Positions 53,133 through 64,000 of a stretch of DNA of 64,000 bases are shown piece by piece. The stretch is taken from the NCBI RefSeq assembly GCF_006345805.1, contig NC_043014.1, positions 16,926,001 through 16,990,000 of the forward strand. The letters run 5' to 3'. Every line of letters starts with the position of its first letter. Positions within the stretch are counted from its first letter, which is position 1. Made by a program: the position numbers and the translations under genes. The stretch comes from Octopus sinensis (taxonomy: Eukaryota). The notes beneath the pieces were generated by a model. It saw only the letters and a program-made list of their open reading frames with translations, made no database searches and was not told the origin of the DNA.

Positions 53133-55192
53133 CCGTTATATAATTATAATTATAGCAGTTTTCATTTAGTGAAAATTTTAATTAAATAAAACTACTAGTT
53201 TTATAGTTATAATTATAGCAGTTTTCATTTAGTGAAAATTTTAATTATTATAAAACTACTAGTTTTATAGTTATAATTATTCTAGTATTGAATACTTCTG
53301 TTATTACCAACAGATATAGGGCTATCTGCATTATGTATGATACACAGATATGCATTTTTATCTAATTGTGCTTCTGTTGCACATAAGATGTCTCACAGAG
53401 TTTTGGATCATGGCAGAGTTAACTAGAGACTCTTAGGTATGTACACACAACATGAAGAAAAATTACCTAGTGGTGACCCTATGTGTGTGTGTTTGTATGT
53501 CTGTTCATCCCCCACCATCACTTGACAACCGATGCTGGTTTGTTTACATCCCCATAACTTAGCAGTTCGGCAAAGAGACCGATGGAATAGATACTAGGCT
53601 TACAACGAATAAGTTCTGGGGTCGATTTGTTCGACAAAAGACGATGCTCCAGCATGGCCACGATCAAATGACTGAAATAAAAGAATATATATGTATTTGT
53701 TATTTGTGTCTTTGTCTGTCTCTTCCACCCCCATCGCTAGGTTTACAGAGAATAAGTCCTGGGGTCGATTTGTTCGACTAAAGGTGGTGCTCCAGCATGG
53801 CCGCAGTCTAATGACTGAAACCAGTAAAGAAATAGTAGAAAGGATTACCATTATTGGTTGAAACCTCAGCACGCCAAACATGATGCTTAGCAGCATAACG
53901 TCTATCTTCACGTTCTGAGTTCAAATGCATTTCGGCATTTCGCGGTCGGTGTCCCGGGGTTGATGTTATCGACTAACCCCCTCCCAATGAAAATTGCAGG
54001 CTTTGTGCCTATAGTAAAAAGGATTATTGATATGGTGGTGAGCTGTTAGAATCATTAGCACGTCGGACAAATTGCTTAGTGGCGTTTCTGCTCTCTGTTT
54101 ACCGTATGAGTTCGAATTCCACCGAGATCGACTTATCCTTTCACCCTTTCGGGATGGATAACTTAAATGTCAGTTGAGCACTGGAGGTCGACGAAATTAA
54201 ATAAATAAAATAATTCAAACTCCGCCAAGGTGAACTTTTCCCTTTCATCTTTTCGGAGTAGGAGGTAGTGGTGGTGGTGGTTAGGGGTGAGGGCGAGGGT
54301 GATGAACTCAACTAGCCCCTCCTAGCAAAATTTTGGGCCTTGTGTCTATAGCAGAAAGAAGTGTTGTTGTTATTGTTACTGCTATTATTCAAGCCAACAA
54401 CCTTTCAGCTTGTAAACTCTCTTTCATTTCAACATTTCGCCCCGCCTTGCCTCGCCCGGCCCTGTCCCACCTCTTACTATGTGTCTCTTTCTTCCTATTC
54501 TTCCTTTTGTTGTTGTTGTTTTCCTCCCCCCTCATTCCACCCCTCTCAATAAATGTCTGTGACATGATGTGATTGATATAAGCCAAGTAGCAAAGAGCTA
54601 AATTATTTTAGATTTCATGTTTCCTCTGCTGTTAAATACCAAGGACCATATTTAGTGGTCTGTGTTGACATTTCCTACTGAGAGGGGAGGACAAAAACGA
54701 AGAAATAAAATAAAATAAGTAAGATAAAATAATAATAAGAAGAAAAAAAATTGGGTGGTACACAGCCAGCCACAGAGAAGTCAAGTTAGCATAAGACATT
54801 AACTGTTACAACGAATCAAGAGGAATTATATGTATGGTCTTGCTATATGTCTATCAGTATCAAATATATCTGTGTTGCGTATCATATCGGCTAATGGTTC
54901 GATCTTTGAATAGATTGAAGATAATGAGTTCGATTCCGGAACCGGACTGTGTGTTGTCCTCTTGAGCAAGACACTTTATTTCACGTCGCTCCAGTTCAGT
55001 CAGCTGTAGAAGTTAGTTGCGATTGCACAGGTGCCGAGCTGTATTGGCCCTTGCCTTTCCCTTGGATAACACTGGTGGCGTGGAGAGGGGAGGCTGGTAT
55101 GCATGGGCAACTGCTGGTCTTCCTTAACCCTGCCTAGGCTTGTGCCTCGGAGGTGCAATGCCATGGTCATTCATGACCGAAGCGGATGTTTA

Positions 55193-55262
<70 letters not shown>

Positions 55263-55506
55263 ACATATATATACACATATATATATATACACATATATAT
55301 ACACATATATATATATATATGCATATATATATATACATATATATATACACATATATTTGCTTCTCAACAACATGGTTCCTGGTTCAGACTCACTACGTGG
55401 CACTTTGCGCAAGCGCCTTCTACCATGGCCCTCCCCCCCAGTTGACCAATGCTTTGTGAGTAGATTTAGTTGGTGGAAACTGAAAGTGTGTGTGTGTACA
55501 ATCTTA

Positions 55507-56319
55507 CAGGGTGCGGTGAATAAATTGTCTAAATTATGTGAAAATGAAAATAGTACCGATATCTCATTTTAACAGATATATTCACCAAAATTGCATAAAG
55601 AATATTTTGAAATATTAAAGAATAAACTTGTTCGATAAAATCTCCATTGGTTTCAACCACGGCCTCCAGACGACTCCAGAATCTCCTGCAACTCTTCTGG
55701 ACAGTCTCCTTGTTTAAGCTGGCGAATGCTGCCATAATCCTTGCCTTTAGTTCATCTTTGCTGTTACAAGGTATTTTGTTGGTCTCTCGCTCAACAGCGC
55801 CCCACACATAATAATCAAGGGGTTGCAGTCTGGGGAGTTAGGTGGCCAGATGTTAGACGTGACGTGGTCGCAGAAATTGTCTAAGAGCCATGACTGGGTT
55901 CTTCTACTTGTGTGGCATGGTGCAGTGTCCTGTTGCTAGACATAGGGTCTTCCAGCAGCCACCCTCTTCATCCAGGGTAGCACTACTTCCACCAGGCACT
56001 TAATGTAAACCTCCGTGTTGAGTGTGAGGTCGTGTGGAAAGATAGTGATCACTCCAAACACCACGATGTTAACTGGATGTTTGATTTTTTACTCACTCTC
56101 GGTACTTGTCCTGAGACTGACACCCAAACATTCTGAAATGTATTGGGGCTTCCAGCGCGAATGCCAAGCAGTATAGCATGTCGTTTCGAAATTTCCCGCA
56201 GAATAAATTGCGTCACGGTGCTCAACCGACCCTACTAAACTGTGTAGTTGACAAAATCAAAATCCAACAATGCGCAAAATTAAAAATATAAGAAAAGATA
56301 TTTTACCCATCACACCCTG
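55507..56319 (-). mobile_element. Deleted Tc1/mariner-superfamily element (DD37D/maT-like)
   Basis: cagggtg TIR ends; minus strand reads QQDTAPCHTSRRTQSWL..PNSPDCNPLDYYVWGAVERETN. Confidence 0.85.
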
Positions 56320-56623
56320 TGTATGCATTTATGCAGACAGACAGTCACACACACACACATACACAAAGATACAAGCTAATAATAGTTTCTTGCCTTGGAG
56401 ACACGAGTCTTGGTAAGTCTTTATAATACGCCTTGTGCCTGCATGCAGCTTTAAGGCGCTGCTAAGAGATACAAGGCGTGTTATAAAGACTTGCTCAGAC
56501 CTGTGTCTCCAGAGCAAGAAACTATTACTAGCTCGTACCTTTATACTGTGTGCGTTAAATAATATTTATATCTCTGGATGGAATATTTTATTTTGTTGAT
56601 GTTTACCATAGTGGTACAGTTAA

Positions 56624-56702
<79 letters not shown>

Positions 56703-59700
56703 ACGTATATGATTTAAGTTATAAAACAAAGTTCAACAAATTCAGTCGTATTTTTCGGAAATGGAGTAGATTAGATGTTAATATGCATTGAAATTGTAAT
56801 AATAATAATTATTATCTATATATATATATATGTTCCTAATAAGCACTTACAAAACCATGAATTTACTTCAGAGGGTAATCGATTCACCTGTGGAAAATGC
56901 TTTTTTTTAATCAATTCTTCTAGGGGAGATAATTCTCTAATATTTTTTTAAACATTCAAACTACAAAAAGGGGGGGGGGATACCCGAGCTTTTGAAATGA
57001 TCAATAAAAAGTATTACGTTTAGTTCTAAAACCCATTGTTTTTAATTGTTTCCCCATATTAAACAGTTGAACAAACAGAGAAATACAAGTGTACAGTTTC
57101 ATAAGAAAATATACACAGAATAGGAATAAAACAGTTATAATACATCTATGTAGAAATTATGTATGCTCGTATTCGAAATGAATGCTAAAGGAAAGTTCAT
57201 TGAACATTATGGGATCTTTTCGGTTTGAATGGCCGTTTTTTCTAGCGGTGTCATATGAAATTATGACCCTAGTATCGATCTATTGCATTTCAATCTGTTT
57301 TAGGGTTAGGGTTTGGGGTGGGGGAAGGGTATCTTTTTTTCTTCAGAAATGTAAATAAACCCAATCTGTTTCTTAAACGAGGGACATATTCATACGGCAC
57401 AGAATGTTTTTACCTCAATAGACGTCATTGTTTGGTTGAAATTGCAGAAATTGAAGAAAAAACAACAACAAATATCTTAGAAACTATAGAATTATCTCAA
57501 TAAAGCCAAGAGAAAAAGATGTTTTATAAACACATTCTACCAGTATACAAAGTTTAAAAGTGTTTAGTTACGTGGAAATTATTTTAAAAAACTGCCGGTC
57601 AAACCGAAAAGATCCCATTATCGAGTGCGACCAGTTGACGCACTTAGTGTTGAATTTGTGCTTTTTCCTTTTTTCATTCTCTTTTTTTTTCCATTTTTTT
57701 CTCTTCTGGTTTTGAATTTAAATTTTTGATGTGGTTTTGTATTATATATATGTATCCTATACATACGTGTTATATTCCAGTAAGAGATTTGATGCACGTT
57801 TTACATTTTTAAGATGCAATGTATATCACAAATGTCTTTCACTCATTCACATGCGTATGTATATATGTACGTGTATATGTTTTAGAAATGCGTGTATAAA
57901 TATATGTGTATGCGCATGTGTGCGTATGTATGTTTGTATAGATGTGCATGCATGTATAAATATATGTGTATGCGCATGTGTGCGTATGTATGTATGTATA
58001 GATGTGCATGCATGTATATACATATATATGCTTGTGTGTGAATATAGACAAGAAAGGGATAACTTGTACTTGACCCTCTCTTATGCCTAAGTTGGCTACA
58101 TCTTTCCCCCTTGTCGGGTTACTAAATCAAATAACAGAGAAAGCACTAAGTCCCTTAAAGTCGATAAAATATCATTGAAGGCCTTGCCGCTTATGAAGTA
58201 ATTAAACAAAAAAATAAATAAATAATGCGGAAGGGATTAAGTTAGATATACGTGTTAGAGTTATCTGCCGCTGTTAAAAATGTTAAAAAGGAAAAGTGAA
58301 CAGATTTACAATGCTTCTCGTCTTAAACAGCCAAAGATGAGATATTTACCTGCCATAAATCAGAATATTAGAAAGCTTAAGTGAAGGTGCGTCACCTAGT
58401 GGTTTGAGAGGCTGTTCAGGTTCCGGACAAGATGTTGTGTTGGGATCTTGAGCAATGCACTTTATTTTTATATTGTCCCAGTTTACTCAAATGCAAGTGA
58501 GTACCAATCGAGTACTGGCTCAGCCCTCTATGCCTCCAGGTGTTAGCTATATCTTGGATTTTCACCTGGGTCAATTGTGAGGAAACTGAGTGAGTGACTA
58601 TTTATAACAATTAGCCAAAGCATGCTACTTGCTCACAATTAACGGTTGGCTATAATTTAACCCTTTAACATTGAAATTATTCTGTCAAATTATTCATTCA
58701 CATAGTCTTGAATTGATCATGCATTTTCTCGTAGCTTCCAGATTTCGATGATGTGACTTTATTTTCAGAATCGTATTGTATAGGTTTGGTGTGAGAGGCC
58801 GAATCTGGGCAGTTTGAACGTAAAACAAGTTGAATAATTTTTGTGCCGGATATGATAACTGGTTTAAAGAATCAGATGATAGCCCTTCTCTTTCTTTCGT
58901 TTATCGACACTCAATGTTATAATATTGTAATAGGGCTTCACACGATACGTTATTAAGGCGAGAGAGAGCCTATGGTTATTAGCTTATTGTCTAAAGGCGG
59001 CGAGCTGGCAGAATCGCACCAAGCAAAACACTTTGCGGCCTTTTGCAAAGGAATCCACTCCGCTACAAGCATTCAAGATATATCTCCAGTTCGAAGATAT
59101 CTTCCTCACTCTTTCTCATCAGTCTCAAAGGAGCTGTAAAGGTCCATGGTCATTGCCTTTCCCTTCTGTTTCTCACTCCGAAGATCACCTGACTAATTGA
59201 GCTAAATTTGCTGGCCAATCCTTTGCTTTTCGTCCTTGACCTTTGCTTCTTGATGCAGGTTGGTTTCGTGCGGCATTGCCTTAAGACTACCGGATCACTC
59301 ATTCCAATTGTCGCTCGTTCTCTTGTCACCAATTCTGTTACTCTTCCTATGGCTTTGCACTAACCACAGCACTCAGTCGTTTCTTCATGGGCGGTCAACC
59401 CACCGAAACTCTTTTCTTGCTCATGTTTTTCGTGCAGCCATCATCAACTGGCCATAGTTCAAGAAGGACATTAGCCTCATTACTCTCACCAATCGCTGCT
59501 GATCTTCGAAGGCTATGAGCACAGTTGTCTTTTGTTTTTTTTCGTCAAAGTGTTGTAAGTACAGGTGTGGCTGTGTGGTTAAGGTTTCTTTTCAAACACG
59601 TAGTCCTATTGTGTAGCATCCTGGGCAAGCGTCTTCTACTATAGCCCCATGCCGCCTGAAGCGTTGTGAGTAGATTTGGGTATGTCTTGATGTTTGTGTC

Positions 59701-59922
59701 TGTCTCCCATCGTCTCCTGACAACCAGTTTTGGTTTGTTCACACGTAATTGAAGCACTTCGGTAACAAGGACCAATAAAATAAGTAACAAACTTCTACAA
59801 AATAGCTACTGGGGTTGATTTGTTCGACCAGTCAAAGTGGTGTCCTGTAAGGCCACTGCCCAATGACAAAACCGAATGCTTGCCTGAATCAGTGACGACT
59901 CTGCTAATAGCATTATATATAT

Positions 59923-59968
<46 letters not shown>

Positions 59969-61610
59969 TGTGTGTGCAGGTGTGGCTGTGTGGTAAGAAG
60001 TTTGCTTCCAACCACATGGTTTCGGGTTCAGTCCCACTGCGTGACACCTTGGCCAAGTGGCTTCTACTGTAGCCTCGGCCCGATATAATGTGTGTATATA
60101 CATCCTAATGTGTGTCTTTGTGTCTGTTTGTCTCTCCCACCCCAATCGGTATTGTAGTTTATGCTCCCCGTAACCTTGCGGTTCGACAAAAAGAGACCGA
60201 TAGAATAAGTACTAGGCTAAAAAAGAGAAAAGTCCTGGGGATGCTCCAGCATGACTGAAACAACTAAAAGAATGGGCAGGTGTCTTCTACTATGGCTTCG
60301 GGTCGATCAAGGCTTTGTGAGTCGATTTGGTGGACGGAAGCTGAGGGAGGCCCGCGTATATATGTATATATATATATATATCTGTGTGTATATGTTTGTG
60401 TGTCTGTGTTTCCCCCCCCCAGCATCGCTTGACAGCCGATGCTGGTGTGTTTACGTCACCATAACTTAGGGGTTCGGCAAGGGAGACTGATAGAGTAAGT
60501 GCTAGCCTTGCAAAGAATAAGTCCTGGGGTCGATTTGCTCGACTTAAAGGCGGTGCTCCAGCATGGCCACAGTCAAATGACTGAAGCAAGCAAAAGAGTA
60601 AAGGGCTAAATTCATTCACAATATGTTTTTACTACTCGATTCCCTAGTTCACAGCAATTTTGGGTGCGGCTTGTCGCTGAGTTGGAACAACCAATCATAA
60701 TTTTCATTTCCATGGAAATTATATATTTACTCTCTTTTTTACTCTTTTACTTGTTTCAGTCATTTGACTGCAGCCATGCTGGAGCACTGCCTTTAGTCGA
60801 GCAAATCGACCACGGGACTTATTCTTTGTAAGCCCAGTACTTATTCTATCAGTCTCTTTTGCCGAATCGCGTGATCTTTTCTAAAAGATGGACAGAATTT
60901 TCTAGTTAAGTAAACAATTTGAAACTTCGTATACTGGTAGAATGTGTGAAAAGAAAACATAATTGTAAACCAAATTGAAAATGGAATTGTAATTTCTAAG
61001 TTTAACATAGTTTAATAATTCGAATTTTAACCAATGGTATTCTTTGTTTTGACCTAATATCATTTACTGCCTGTCAACATATTGTTACTGTGATGTAAAC
61101 AGCTATTTTGTGACGTACTTAACGTAAACATGTAAACAGCTAAAACGTAAACATCCGCTTATCGTAAACAGCTAAATTCGTTTGGCATCGTACACAGCTT
61201 TTTCAGTTCCCTAGAATTATATTTGAAACAAAATAAAAAGAAAAAGATTCATACGCATAAATATCCATCCTTAGACATCAGAAAGATTAGAAATGCAACA
61301 AAAATTTTAAATACCGGATCTTTACCTTTTAACCTACAGATTTAAAAAATAATTTTTTCTAACTAAACACTTTCAAACTTCGTGGAGTATATATAAAATT
61401 TGTGTAGATCCTAAATAGCTAAATTCTTTTTGAAAGTCTGAGTATATATAAAATGAGTGTTTAAATTATTTTCCATTGTTTGCATTGCATTATAGAATTT
61501 GAAACTTTTACACATACACACAAACACATTATTGATATATGCATATATTTATTTTTATGCACACACACAACACACATGTATACAAACATATGCATATATA
61601 TATATATACA

Positions 61611-61657
<47 letters not shown>

Positions 61658-64000
61658 TATATAGATGCATACATTATATATATATAAAAGATGTTTACAT
61701 ACAATATATATATATATATGTTATATACATCTACATGTATATGTATGTATGAATATATAAGTACCATAGAATTTGAATCAAACTGTTTTGATCCATACAT
61801 ATACACACACACACACACACACACATACATACATACATACATACATACATACATACATACACACATACTAAAATTACATCGTTGGAGCAGTAATTTATTT
61901 ATGTATTTTTTGTTATACAATTTATTTTTAAGCTGAATCCCTATCCTGTCATTAACCCCTTTCTTATAAAATAGTTGAAGAATCTGGGGTGTAGGAATTG
62001 GGCCAGTATTGGAACTTTTAACTTCTTGCTCTCTATCTTATGATCTCCGAAATTTAAGAATCTTGTGTTAACTGGGCTCTTATTATTTACTCTGACTGCC
62101 ACCACCTCAATGCAAAGACTATCAATATCAGAATCATCTTCACAACCACCACTACAACCATTACTACAACCTCCAATGCCACCACCACAACCATCTTCTG
62201 CAACCACAACCCCAAGACCAATACCAGCATCATATTCAAAATCACCAATTTCACCACCACTACACTCTGCAATGTCTTCAACACTTCCATCCATGAGACA
62301 TCCTAACATAATCAATGCCACTACTACTATCATCATCATCATCCACTGCTGCCACCACCACCACCACCTCTACAAAAACACCAACACTATAATTGCTGCC
62401 ATCATACACATCCACTGTCACCACCACTGCCATGATAACCACATCTACCACCTCCAACACCATTACCACCACTATCTATGAGACATCCTAAGTTAGATAC
62501 TACTTTCACTTTCTTGAGTTTATTATATCTAATCTATCTCTCTAAAAGATGCAAACCAAGTAGCATTAAATGGAGAATGGATGTGAGCAGAAAGAGAGTA
62601 AGTTTCATTCCAGTTTACAATAATTATAGAATTATTCTCAAACCATAAATGAATGGTGGAGAGGAGTGAAGGAGGAGTCATGTTTCCTCTGAGAGGTTAC
62701 AGAAGTATTATTACACTGTTGTTAGAATAGCTGTGGAAAATGTAAGTTGAAATCAAATTTGATGTTAAATTCTTTTATAGTCATGTTCCCAATGAAATAC
62801 ACATAATCAATTTGAACAGTCTTAGTAAAATAACTACTTTCTTTAATTATTATTAATCAGGTGTTTGGATCAACAAAATTATGAGATAAAGGTGAGAAGT
62901 CAGTAGAGTGTCTATCTGCTTGTAACTATGTAGACACTTAAAATAATGAGCGAAAACATGGTATACATTACTAAGTCATACTCGCTTGCAGGCAGTCACT
63001 ATGATTTTTTTATCTGCTCATATGCAATGAAGCATTGATGTTTCATTGTATATTTGGACATAACAAGTAATTCTTCGTCGTCAAACTGTCCAACCCATGC
63101 CAGCATGAAACATGGATGTTAAATGATGATGACACTTCACATTATTGAAACATTGGGAATAGGAACTAGATCATCTGATGATGTTAACACGTGACAGAGT
63201 GGCTCCCTCTCCATGTAGCGAGATAGATTTTAATTTATATGTTTCTCCTTTTAGCATTTAAACCGACCATATCTGGCCCAAATATTCTACCTGTTTTATG
63301 TTCAAACTGGTCAGGCCTGGCCTCTTGCACCTATCCTAGAAAGTCAATCTAAAAATAAGCAATCAGATCAATGAAATCTCAAGGCTACAATGTGAATAAA
63401 CAATCTGAATGTTAAGGAGTTAAGATGAAACAAGAATTGAACACTGGTTTTTAACAGTGATATCAGAGATCTTTTAAATTGAATTACATTACTTTTAATA
63501 TTGAAACAAACTACTGTAACAATGTGAAACAAAATAATTGCATTCTTATTTGAACCAAAATCCATCATTCTCAGTATCATAAATAAAGGTGCCAGTCGCA
63601 CCTCAGTGCTTACATGTTTGTCTTGTCTAATAAATGGAAGATTACTGAACATAAGACACTTGGGTCACTCAGCCAAGTTTCATCTGAGCAATATATGTGA
63701 AAGTTCTGGAAATTTGTGACCTTTTTGTATTTCAAATAATGTGCAAGTCTGAGAATAATATACATTGTTGGATACAGACATACAACTAAACTTATATATT
63801 TTAGATTTTCTCAAAAAGTCTAACAATTGCTGACTGATATAACTAGCTTCTCTATTACTGCCTGTGTCTCTCCTCTCTTTGTTATTCTATCTACAGATAG
63901 GTTTGTGTGTGTAGTTCTTATATATACACATTCATACATTACCTCTTTTACTTGTTTCAGTTATTGAACTGTGGCCATGATGGGGCACCACCTTGAAAGG

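Noticed and set aside
57300-57312. TTAGGG telomeric repeats
   Set aside because: Only two units, internal to a MITE.
59030-59520. Coding-like stretch
   Set aside because: It has multiple stops and is probably a decayed LINE C-terminus; it cannot be assigned.
63614-63705. Possible minus-strand exon NFHIYCSDETWLSDPSVLCSVIFHLLDKTN
   Set aside because: The donor is good but the polypyrimidine tract is poor, with no recognisable homology and no partner exons.

Overview
AT-rich, repeat-dominated eukaryotic DNA with many (TA)n/(CA)n/(TGA)n microsatellites. The repeat repertoire (RTE LINEs with (TGA)n tails, tRNA-derived SINEs, Penelope-like elements) looks like an octopus/coleoid cephalopod genome; this is inferred from pattern recognition, not a database hit. 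One host gene is well supported: a divergent DM-domain (Dmrt/doublesex-family) gene on +, with coding exons 40172-40457 and 47797-48398 that splice in phase to about 295 aa. The rest is mobile DNA: Penelope-like (PLE) RT/GIY-YIG fragments, PLE-type hammerhead-ribozyme (HHR) motifs, RTE and CR1-type LINEs, mariner/Tc1 elements, Helitrons, MITEs, SINEs and a 98-bp minisatellite. The most notable observations are: (i) a ~90-bp inverted repeat whose 15 substitutions all form G-U pairs on the minus strand, a possible genomic fossil of ADAR A-to-I hyper-editing; (ii) HHR-bearing inverted repeats enclosing a rearranged copy of a neighbouring RTE segment; (iii) a recurrent CCGANGA (U4C) hammerhead core; (iv) a PLE 3' end carrying a tRNA-like Pol III promoter next to an HHR; (v) the atypical Dmrt gene. 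Coordinates were read by eye and may be off by a few bases.
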